From contig NC_043002.1 in NCBI RefSeq assembly GCF_006345805.1, positions 32,736,001 through 32,800,000 on the forward strand: 64,000 nt of DNA, given 5' to 3'. Below, in pieces: positions 1 to 11,152 of this stretch; the stretch's first letter is position 1; each line of letters starts with the position of its first letter. Under the pieces are notes generated by a model that was not told where the DNA came from, did not search any database, and was given only the letters and a program-made list of their open reading frames with translations. This DNA is from Octopus sinensis. Taxonomy: Eukaryota. The position numbers were made by a program, and so were the translations under genes.

Positions 1-46
1 TAAACTTAAAGTAATTATATTCATGAGATCAATATAATTTACTTAC

Positions 47-364
47 CTCTGTTGTTCCTATTAGAGAATAATGTCGTATATTTTCCCATGTAACCAAAAG
101 TGCCCAAATAGATTGGAAATTATTAATATTTGCATACATTTTAATTTTTGCATCAATTTCTGTCAGTTTATTCGATACATTGCTATTTATTCCATTTGTT
201 GTGTAATTTTCATAAATGCTGTATTTAACTTGCTTAAACTCATTCCAAAGGTCTGCCCAGTATGGAGCAATAACATAGTCTGTATCGTCAGATAAACTAT
301 GCGGCTCGTAGCTGAGCCTAGTATCTCTTCTGATATTATCTGATAAATATCCACCAGCGTAGAT
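47..364 (-). CDS. NIDO domain exon, module 2 (IYAGGYLS...IAPYWADL...[11 protein letters not shown])
   Basis: ttttgtcag acceptor, gtaagt donor, 318 nt, phase 0-0; paralog of 58764-59069. Confidence 0.9.
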
Positions 365-2372
365 CTGACAAAACAAAATTACATAACATAGTTGAGAACA
401 ATTAGGTCATTAAAAGGTGTTTATATTGGCATTGCAATCAAAGGATTTTCAATTAAAAGTTTCTAATTATAATTAGACATCTGCCCAAGGTACAGCGGGA
501 GATCACATGGTTGCAAAGTTAGTCTTTAACACCATAGCTATGATATTTTGTTAGCTTTTATTTCCCTTTCTCTTATAAATTATTACGCTTTTAATAAAAT
601 ATAAATAAACAATCGTATATAATGATATTAATCGCTTAATTTTATATGTATATATATATATATGAAATTTCACAACAGTTATCTAAGGTACAATACCTAC
701 AGTATAAAAAGGTGGATTTGCTTGAATATTATAGCAAAGAAATATATCTATTTCTTTATTGCCCACAGGGGACTAAACAGAGGGGACAAACAAGGAGAGA
801 CAAAGGGTTTAAGTCGATTACATCGACCCCAGTGCGTAACTGGTACTTATTCAATCAAGCCCGAAAGGATGACAGACGAAGTCGACCTCGGCAGAGTTTG
901 AACGTAACGGCAGACGAAATATTGCTAAGCATTTCGCCCGGTGTGCTAACGATTCTGCCAGCACACCGGCCTTAGGAAAGAAATATATCAGAACCACAAA
1001 AACAGCACGGTTCCGCAGATGATAAGTGAAGAGGCAAAAACTACCAAATTTATCTGAGATTATCCAGTTACAGATAAAACTTTAATTACTAAATTAGGAA
1101 TGTACGAAAGGAATGTTGTGGTGGGATCTAAGTGTTATAACGCAAACTAGTACATACGTGAAAGCAATTCAGTCTTCTTTGTCCTACGTTGATATCAATT
1201 GACGGGCAAATGTATGGTGATCGGAAACCATAAAAGTCTCGTGCTTCATTGTGTTGGAGCAATGCTGTAAAATGGGGAAAAGAAACAAAAATTGAAAAGA
1301 TTATTATTTCAATCATAAAAGCTAATGTATAAAGGGTGAGGACCTGTGTCCGTAACTATTTCGGATCCACCCATGTAATGGAGAGTGAGGCAATGATCCT
1401 AATTCAACCGTGTCATTTCAATGATATGTAAAACGTGTTCAACTCTGTATAGGAGAGAGAAGAAAGGGAGAGACAGAGTGGGATGGGGAGAGAGAGAGAG
1501 AGAGAAAGAAAGCATTATCTTTTGATTGGCATACCATGCGGATTTTTTTTTTTTTGTTATAAATGTACGAGGATTATTATATAAAATGTGAATGTGAGAA
1601 CCATCCTTAATGTTTGTAAAAATTGTTGGGATCCAGTTTACTTTCATGTACAAACTTAGTTTAAAAGATATACATAGAATATTTAGCCAAGGGAAAATAA
1701 CAAGTGGGAATAGAGAAAGATAGTTAGGATGTTGAGAAAGATGGCTCGGCTGTTGCGGAGGATGGTAAGGATGTTGTGCTCCCGATTATAAGGACCGATC
1801 AGCCGGCGTGTTATGCTCTTGAGCAAGTTACTTTATCTTACATTACTGTATTCTACTCTTCTGTCAATGAGCATCTGATAAGAGCACTGATGCTGCATCA
1901 CTCTCTCCATCCAGGATGTTCCACTAGGTCAAGAGTAGAAGAGCACAGAGCTACATGGTTACGTAAAACAACTAACGAAAACATGGTGCTATTTATTGAA
2001 TCATATTCGTTTCACAGTGGCAGCTATGTTGTCATTATTTATTTTTGCGGTAACTCAATTTAGTGCAGACACATCGCATCTAATACCGTTATTAGTCTAA
2101 AATGTTCAGTCAATTACATTAATACTTTTCGTAGCACTACCCCATTATTCAAGAAAATAGTTCACTCTGGAGACTTCTGAGGTCAATATCTTGTGACATA
2201 TTTTAAATTCTTTACCCTTATATTTTTTTTTACTTCCAAAAGACATGATTTCCGGGTAAAGCCGCGTGGTACGTTAGACAAGTATCTTCTACTGTAACCT
2301 CGCTGATCAAAGACTTGTGAGCGGAATCGGTGAGCGGAAAAGGTTGGCATATGCATGAATGTATATATATAA

Positions 2373-2429
<57 letters not shown>

Positions 2430-4918
2430 AATCCTGACGGTTGGCATAATAACGAAACTAAAGCATGCAAAGTAAAGCTACCTGGCACAGATTGACCTTG
2501 AACTCTGCCCTACATGTGCACTCATTTTTAACTCCTAGCTCACTTCCTCTGTTTACAGCAGTACTTGTAAGGAATGTGTGTAGCGCATGATCATCGCATT
2601 GGCTCTGACAGAGAAAGTTGAGCAAAGAATCTGCCTTAAATTTTGCCAAATGCTTGGTGATACCTACTCAGAGCCCTACGCAAAGGTTTCAAAAATTTTC
2701 ATCGTGCTCGACACAATGAAAGAGATCTTGTACAACTGAAACTTGAGTGTCTTCTTGCTCAGCTAAAACCAGTTTTGGTATAAATTTGACAGACACGCGT
2801 CTCATCTCCAAATCTTAGTTGATAATGGACTAAACTGAACTGTAACTAGTCTGCACATCCTCTGATAACTCACGATGGTGATTTGACGATTTCCCTCCAC
2901 AGCTGCACGCACATCTGTGATGTTTTTCTCAGTTCTGCTGGTTGCGGGTCTCCGAGAACATTCGTGAATATCGACATTTTTTCGGCGATGTTGGGAACAT
3001 CTGAATCTCTCGTACACTTGTGTGCGGCGCATACACTCTTCTCCATACACTTTCTGCCACTTTGTGTAGGCCCCTGAGCAAGTATCGCCATGACAACTTT
3101 CTCTGCCATGGTGAATGCGACAATCACACGCTACACACCTTCCTTCAAATCACTGCTGTGAGCAACCGGAGTGGGATAGAACGTAAAAACCTGGTGCGCA
3201 TGTACAGAAAAGTTTAAGGTCAATCCTCGCCAAGCAACAGTCCGGGTACTTATTGATCAGACCTCGTATATGTAATGTAGATAGGGTTAAAATCGGAGCG
3301 GATTTCCTTTTGAAGCACATCTGCCTATTCTAGTATTCTAAACCCGTACGCAGATTTTATATTTCCTTGAGGTATGCATACTGGAAAATGCATCCAAGTT
3401 AGAGGTACAGCGATGGGAACCAGATTGGTCCCCGTTTATGTGAACACTGTAATGTGATACATAGAATACAAGTGTACCAAAGAGTAGAGGAAAACTTCGG
3501 CACTGAATTTACAAGGTATATTGAAAATGCATGGAAGAGATACTTTGATGATTGCTTCATAATCTGGATGAAATCTGTAAATAGTCTAGAAGAATTTAAT
3601 ATCCTTTTGAACAATCTGCATCCAGCTCTCCAATTTACAAAGTAGATGAGTAGTACCAAATTTCCATTTCTAGACATATTGGTAATTAAACGTAACACTT
3701 CCATCACACTGATATATACTATAAACACACAAACACGCATCAATACCCAAACTGTAAATCGTACCACCTCACACATACAAAACGTAATATCCTATACTGC
3801 CTAGCCAGAAATATTTGTACCATTGTAGAAAATATGAATATCAGAGACAAAACGCCTAACAGAGCTCAAAGAGTTTCTACTCAAACAAAGATACCCGTCT
3901 CTTCTTTTGGAAAATGGTATACAGTGTGTTATAGGGCAACCCAGAAACGAGCAAAACAAGAACAAGTCATACTCAATCCGTGTCACTAAAATATCTTTAG
4001 CATTGCCAAAGTAAACTTGCCGGTCATTGCACAAGGTAATCAATTAAAGCATATAATCACTGCTCGAGTTAATGATTCTAAGTAAAAGGCAGTCGAAGAA
4101 CTTGAAACAATTATTAACAAAAGCAAAATTTGACCTCGGCAACAATGACGAATCGTTCTTTGTATCTCAATGCAAGATAGTTGATGTGGTACATGTCAGT
4201 TCATGCACACCGGACAATACATGAACACAAAAGCCGGAAGAATATTTACAAATGCACATATAAGCTGCAAAAGCTGAAATGTAATTTGCTGCATCAAGTG
4301 CCCGAATTGTGAAGAGATATACACTGGTCAGACAGGGAACGCATTATCAGAACGTTCAAGTGTACACCAACAACAAATTAAGGACCCTGGTGTCCATCAG
4401 ATCCCGTTAAGCAACCATCTGGCAAAAGGTACTCAGGTACAACATTGACTTTCTGGAAAATTGCAACAATACAATTCAATGAAAACAGTTATATTGTTTA
4501 TAACATTTCAAAATATAGCCAAGCAATTATTCTTCTAGATGCGGTCAAAGTAAAGAATCTTTGATGTACCACCAAGCCATGACATCCAAGCTGCACACTA
4601 ATTGACTAAAATATTTCGTAGAAAAAAGCAGGGTAAATGCTAACCAAGCTGGTGCATTCACCACACCGTGACATCTAAGCCACATACTAACTGTTCAAAA
4701 GATTCAGTCAAATGGAGCCCACCGGATGGTACTTAAAAGAAAAATGTAACCATTTCACTACATTTGTGGGACACGACTGTCACTACATAAACCTGAAAGT
4801 ACTAGTTTATTTCAATGTTGTAAATTTATAAAAACTAAATAATTAAACGTGAAAATAAGACTTAGATGGAATTTCAGTGATTGATATATTCTTCTATACA
4901 CAATCATACAAATTCGGA

Positions 4919-5015
<97 letters not shown>

Positions 5016-5141
5016 GTCTGTCTGTCTGTCTATCTGTCTGTCTGTCTGTCTGTCTCTCTCTATCTCTCTGTCTATCTATCTGTCAATCTATCTATCTATG
5101 TATCTATTTATCGATCTATGTATCCGAATGTACCCACACGT

Positions 5142-5228
<87 letters not shown>

Positions 5229-8120
5229 TGTGTCATAAAATCAAAATGGAGAACAAAGTAAATTTGTAGAAGCCAGAAATTTAAGAGTGAATAAGAACAT
5301 GTTGACATATGTATTTACTTTCAATGTCTTTTTATTTGAAAGATAACGCTTTGTAATTCAATAATAAACGAGCTAATCATTTTAATTAATAAATTGACAT
5401 GCTTTACAGGCAAAACAACTATACTCACCTGATGGGGGACAATATTTTGTTGTTGTTTGTGTCGGTATCTTCGTTGTGTATTTTGTTGTAGGATTTAAAG
5501 TCGACAAAGTAGAGGTTTGGTAAAATGTGGTTTGAGTTGGAGAAGTAGATGTTGAAGCTGCATTGGTTCCTATGAGAAATAAAAACTTGTTATATAAAAT
5601 TGTCGTAACATATGACAGGTTCATTTCAAAATTTCTAGGATTTTCTGTCTTAAGTAGATTTCTTTTTTTCCTGCAGCAAAGCTACGTTCGAGGAAATAAA
5701 GATTGAGAGAAGGCATTCTTAACTGCGAGGAAAATGATATAGTTAAGATAACTAAAATATATTTATATTAAGAGGTGTTAATACAGAGCGTATTTTAATG
5801 TGACTAAATTATATGTTCTGGAATATGCTTAGAGTGACAGGAAATAATTGATGTACGATATGAGGTAGCTACAATATACAGAATAATTCTAATGATTTTT
5901 AAAGTAAACGCTACTATATATAGAAATATATAAATGTAACCAAAATATGTATAAAAACCAGGCAGTCTCATAATTACCACGATGCTAAGAAAACTTAAGT
6001 ATAAATTTTAATTATCAAACAGCAGTATTATTTTTCTATTTGCGAATACAACAATTTTCTAGCATAACTATACCGTTGACACAAAATACAGGTATCGACA
6101 AAGATTATTCTCTTGAATAAAATCAATTCAATATGGAAAGAAGGACAAGTGAGACTTACATTTGTCAACATAGGCTATAATTCTGCGTTAAACTAATTTG
6201 GGACGACAGTATTTCATTTTAATAAAGTTCGATAGGTAGTTGAAATATACGTACCATTCGTCACGGATGTTGTAAAACTTGTGCCCTGGGCAGCAGTGGA
6301 TGAAAGACTTGCCGCCGTGGTTTGTAAGGTCTTTGTTGATGGTGCCATTGTTGTTACATCTGATGACATAGAGGATGTTGAGGGACGTGTAGTTTTCTCT
6401 GTTGATGCAGTGATTGTTGTTACATCTGATGACATAGACGATGTTGAATATTGTGTCGAAGGAGCGGTGGTTTTGTCTGCTGATGCAGTATTGGTTGTTA
6501 CATCTGATGACATCGATGATGTTAAATATTGTGTCGAGGGAGCGGTGGTTTTGTCTGTTGATGCAACGCCTGTTGTTACATCTGATGACATAGACGATGT
6601 TGAATATTGTGTCGAGGGACCGGTGGTTTTGTCTGTTGATGCAACGCCTGTTGTTACATCTGATGACATAGACGATGTCGAATATTGTGTCGAGGGACCG
6701 GTGGTTTTGTCTGTTGATGCAACGCCTGTTGTTACATCTGATGACATCGAGGATGTTGAATATTGTGTTGAGGGACCTGAAGTTTGGTCAGTTGATGGTG
6801 CGATTGTTGTTACATCTGATGACATCGAGGATGTTAAATATTGTGTCGAGGGAGCGGTGGTTTTGTCTGTTGATGCAACGCCTGTTGTTACATCTGATGA
6901 CATCGAGGATGTTGAATATTGTGTAGAGGGACCTGAAGTTTGGTCAGTTGATGATGCGATTGTTGTTACATCTGATGACATCGAGGATGTTGAATATTGT
7001 GTAGAGGGACCTGAAGTTTGGTCAGTTGATGATGCGATTGTTGTTACATCTGATGACATCGAGGATGTTGAATATTGTGTCGAGGGACCTGAAGTTTGGT
7101 CAGTTGATGATGCGATTGTTGTTACATCTGATGACATCGAGGATGTTGAATATTGTGTTGAGGGACCTGAAGTTTGGTCAGTTGTTGATGCGATTGTTGT
7201 TACATCAGATGACATCGATGATGTTGAATATTGTGTTGAGGGACCTGAAGTTTGGTCAGTTGATGATGCGATTGTTGTTACATCTGATAACATCGAGGAT
7301 GTTGAATATTGTGTTGAGGGACCTGAAGTTTGGTCAGTTGTTGATGCGATTGTTGTTACATCAGATGACATCGATGATGTTGAATATTGTGTAGAGGGAC
7401 CTGAGGTTTGGTCAGTTGATGATTCGATTGTTGTTACATCTGATAACATCGAGGATGTTGAATATTGTGTTGAGGGACCTGAAGTTTGGTCAGTTGTTGA
7501 TGCGATTGTTGTTACATCAGATGACATCGATGATGTTGAATATTGTGTAGAGGGACCTGAAGTTTGGTCAGTTGATGGTGCGATTGTTGTCACATCTGAT
7601 GACATCGAGGATGTTGAATATTGTGTAGAGGGACCTGAAGTTTGGTCAGTTGATGGTGCGATTGTTGTTACATCGGATGACATAGAGGATGTTGAATATT
7701 GTGTAGAGGGACCTGAAGTTTGGTTAGTTGATGGTGCGATTGTTGTTACATCGGATGACATCGAGGATGTTGAATATTGTGTAGAGGGACCTGAAGTTTG
7801 GTCAGTTGATGGTGCGATTGTTGTTACATCTGATGACATAGAGGCTGTTGAATATTGTGTCGAGGGACCTGAAGTTTGGTCAGTTGATGGTGCCATTGTT
7901 GTTACATCAGATGACATCGGGGATGATGAATATTGTGTCGAGGGACCTGAAGTTTGGTCAGTTGTTGATGCCATTGTTGTTACATCGGATGACATAGAGG
8001 CTATTGAATACTGTGTGGAGTTGTAAGAAATTTGGTCAGTTGGTTGGGTGTCTGTTGAAAATTCTGTTGATGGATTGCTTGTTGTCAGATTTGTAGTCAT
8101 AGAGTTGGTTGAATATTCTG
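47..8120 (-). CDS. Module 2: mucin tandem-repeat exon, Thr-rich linker and start of a second NIDO domain; 4 exons, continues beyond window start
   Basis: Exons 8120-6255, 5569-5429, 1264-1158 and 364-47 splice in frame (phases 1,1,1,0,0); the last two are paralogs of 62084-61978 and 59069-58764. Confidence 0.87.
749..976 (-). mobile_element. tRNA-derived octopod-type SINE with 13-bp target-site duplication
   Basis: Same sequence family as 17262, 45649 and 50913; AAAGAAATATATC at 736-748 and 977-989. Confidence 0.85.
1158..1264 (-). CDS. NIDO N-terminal exon, module 2 ([36 protein letters not shown])
   Basis: ttttacag acceptor, gtatgt donor, 107 nt; same length and phases as paralog 61978-62084. 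Confidence 0.87.
2430..2720 (+). mobile_element. Mariner-like transposon 5' fragment
   Basis: Reads [16 protein letters not shown], the typical mariner transposase N-terminus; boundaries approximate. Confidence 0.6.
2780..3268 (-). mobile_element. Mariner-like transposon 5' fragment with terminal inverted repeat
   Basis: Minus strand starts TACGAGGTCTGATCAATAAGTACCCGGACT (mariner-type TIR); degenerate HTH region [15 protein letters not shown]...[13 protein letters not shown]; inner boundary approximate. Confidence 0.72.
3290..4460 (+). mobile_element. Decayed Penelope-like retroelement (RT plus GIY-YIG endonuclease)
   Basis: [34 protein letters not shown] motifs, then a degenerate [22 protein letters not shown]-like segment; stops and frameshifts. 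Confidence 0.8.
4920..5232. repeat. Compound microsatellite (TATC)n/(TGTC)n/(TG)n/(AG)n
   Basis: Directly visible; source of spurious ORFs 4877-5308. Confidence 0.95.
5429..5569 (-). CDS. Thr-rich linker exon ([15 protein letters not shown]...TTKYCPPS)
   Basis: tttttatttctcatag acceptor, gtgagt donor, 141 nt, phase 1-1. Confidence 0.85.
6255..8120 (-). CDS. Mucin (PTS) tandem-repeat exon, 78-bp/26-aa unit ([26 protein letters not shown])
   Basis: Open 1866-nt exon; tcttctcattctacag acceptor (CAGCAG, alternative start 8117); gtacgt donor; 22 SDVTT motifs. Confidence 0.9.
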
Positions 8121-9097
8121 CTGTAGAATGAGAAGACATGTGTTGATAATCCACTAACACAATTCATGTTAAGAATAAAGCATTACAAAATTAGTGTAAG
8201 TGTTTTATCTAAAGTTGAATGCGACACATTTGTTAATCAATTCAAATAAATCAAACTGATAATTGTAAGAAGATTTGTAGATCAGAGCAAACATTTGTTT
8301 CATCTCACGTACTTTACTTATTCACTGGAGTAAACCCAGAAACCATGACTTTATCTCCTACCTCCTAAAACAGAGAAATAACAAATACACGCGCGCACAT
8401 ATATATGCATACATGTTCATAAATACATATACATATGTATATATACATACACACATACATATACATACATGTATACGTATATATACATGCATATATATAT
8501 ATATATATATATAATATATATATATATATAATTGATATACATACATAAATATATATTAATATATTCTATTGTGTCTGGGGAGAGTTATTAATTTAACACA
8601 CTCACTACTCTGGTTTCCGCTTATTTACTTGTTATTTTTTACTAAAATATTCATTGTCACTTGCAACCCTTTCAATGGCTGTTGATTCTGTCCGTTATCA
8701 GAATTGCGTTCTTTGCTTTGTTGTACGCATGCGTGTGTGTCAGTGTGCCAGCACTTACACACATGTATGTATTTATGTATGTATGTATGTATGTATGTAT
8801 GTATGTATGTATGTATGTATGTATGTATATATGTATTATGTATGTATGTATGTGTGTATGTGTGTGTGCATACATGTGTGTGCATTCCTATATGTATATG
8901 TATGCATGTGTGCACATTTGTATATACTCTGCATGTATGTATTTGTATGCAGATACATATATATGTATGCATGTGTGCACGTTTGAATGTATGTATGTAT
9001 GTTTATATGTATATGTGTGTGTGTGAGTGTGTGTGTGACCTTAGTAAATTCTGCCCCACCAGGTCACAAAGGGGAAACCACACACCACCTCGGCGGC

Positions 9098-9215
9098 GAA
9101 AGTGAACCATAATCTATCTATTGTTACATGTTTATAAATACATTTACATACATGCATATATATTGATGTATATACATTAATGTGTATCTCTTATTATAAA
9201 TATATATATATATAT

Positions 9216-9249
<34 letters not shown>

Positions 9250-9272
9250 ATATTTATACATACACACACACA

Positions 9273-9309
<37 letters not shown>

Positions 9310-9911
9310 TAATGTATATACATCAATATATATGCATGTATGTAAATGTATTTATAAACATGTAACAATAGATAGATTATGGTTCACTTTCACTGTTTCA
9401 AGCGTTTTTCATTGATAAATCGAAATGTTACATCATGCAAAGAAATAAAACGGCTTCATATATATATATGCACTTACATACATACAAACATGCATACATA
9501 CATACATGCATGCATACATACATACATACATAAATACATACATACATACATGCATGCATACATACATACATACATAAATACATACATACATACATGCATG
9601 CATACATACATACATACATACATACATACATACATACATACATACATACATACATACATGTATGCATGCATGCATATTTGCATATATATCACAGAAATTT
9701 TGATAACTAAGTGAAACTTACGCGTAGTCGTTACAGTAGAAGGTATATGTGTTGTTGTGACTGTATCTGCAAAAAAATAATAATAATATACGCATTTTCA
9801 ATGTTTGAATGTACATTCATTCATAAACATATAAACACACAAACACACACACACACACAAATATATATATATAATATATATATATATATTTATACATACA
9901 CACACACAAAC

Positions 9912-9978
<67 letters not shown>

Positions 9979-10483
9979 TAATGTATATACATCAATATAT
10001 ATGCATGTATGTAAATGTATTTATAAACATGTAACAATAGATAGATTATGGTTCACTTTCACTGTTTCAAGCGTTTTTCATTGATAAATCGAAATGTTAC
10101 ATCATGCAAAGAAATAAAACGGCTTCATATGTATATATGCACTTACATACATACAAACATGCATACATACATACATGCATGCATACATACATACATACAT
10201 AAATACATACATACATACATGCATGCATACATACATACATACATACATACATACATACATACATACATACATACATACATACATACATACATACATACAT
10301 GTATGCATGCATGCATATTTGTATATATATCACAGAAATTTTGATAACTAAGTGAAACTTACGCGTAGTCGTTACAGTAGAAGGTATATGTGTTGTTGTG
10401 ACTGTATCTGCAAAAAAATAATAATAATATACGCATTTTCAATGTTTGAATGTACATTCATTCATAAACATATAAACACACAA

Positions 10484-10502
<19 letters not shown>
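9098..10502. repeat. 86-bp inverted repeat (9098-9183/9306-9391) overlapping a ~0.64-kb tandem duplication (9253-9858/9889-10502)
   Basis: Direct sequence comparison; the copies differ mainly in microsatellite length. Confidence 0.85.
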
Positions 10503-10541
<39 letters not shown>

Positions 10542-11118
10542 GGAGAGAGAGGGGGAATATAAAAGAAAGATACCACGCAGGAGATAAAAACAAGGAGAGA
10601 AAGTGAGAGAGAGAGAATCTGGTCGGCAACGTAGTGAATTGCATTTAGATGGTCTAAAGTCATAAAGTTATGAATGCATCATTATTTCTCCAGATATCCA
10701 ATTGGCTCTAACATCTGTCAATGATGTGCCCTGTCAAGGTTGAAGAATGACGAAGAGATAATAAATGGTGATTTTAATTCTAAAAGCAGAGAGAAAGGGT
10801 ACAAAATAATCACTCAGACATATGCACTCTCTCCCCCTCTCCCCACCCACTCTGTGTCTCCGTCCCTTCTCTCTCTCTCTCTCTCTGTTCCTTTCACTTG
10901 CTATTTCACTCTCTGTCTCACTCTTTCTGTCTCTCTCTATCTCTCACTCACACTTTCTTATGCATACACACAAGTTAACATCTGAATATATTTAGTTGCT
11001 CTCCATCACAATCTTGTTTTTAAGATTCGCACTTATTTCCATTGATTACATTTTAAAACAATCAATTAGTCAGTCAATCAATTTTCTCTTTGAATCTCTC
11101 CATCTCTCTCTCTCTCTT

Positions 11119-11152
<34 letters not shown>

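Noticed and set aside
6281-8026. 581-aa plus-strand ORF ([16 protein letters not shown] repeats)
   Set aside because: Antisense shadow of the mucin repeat; the unit simply lacks a stop in that frame, and only the minus strand has splice context.
6320-8030. Regular repeat array that might be taken for CRISPR
   Set aside because: Contiguous 78-bp coding units with no unique spacers, in a eukaryotic gene.
8358-10663. Many ORFs of MYVC/HTYI/IYIY type (also at 4877-5308, 19311-21242, 24883-25543, 37495-38450, 40131-40694, 63772-63960)
   Set aside because: Translations of di-, tri- and tetranucleotide microsatellites.
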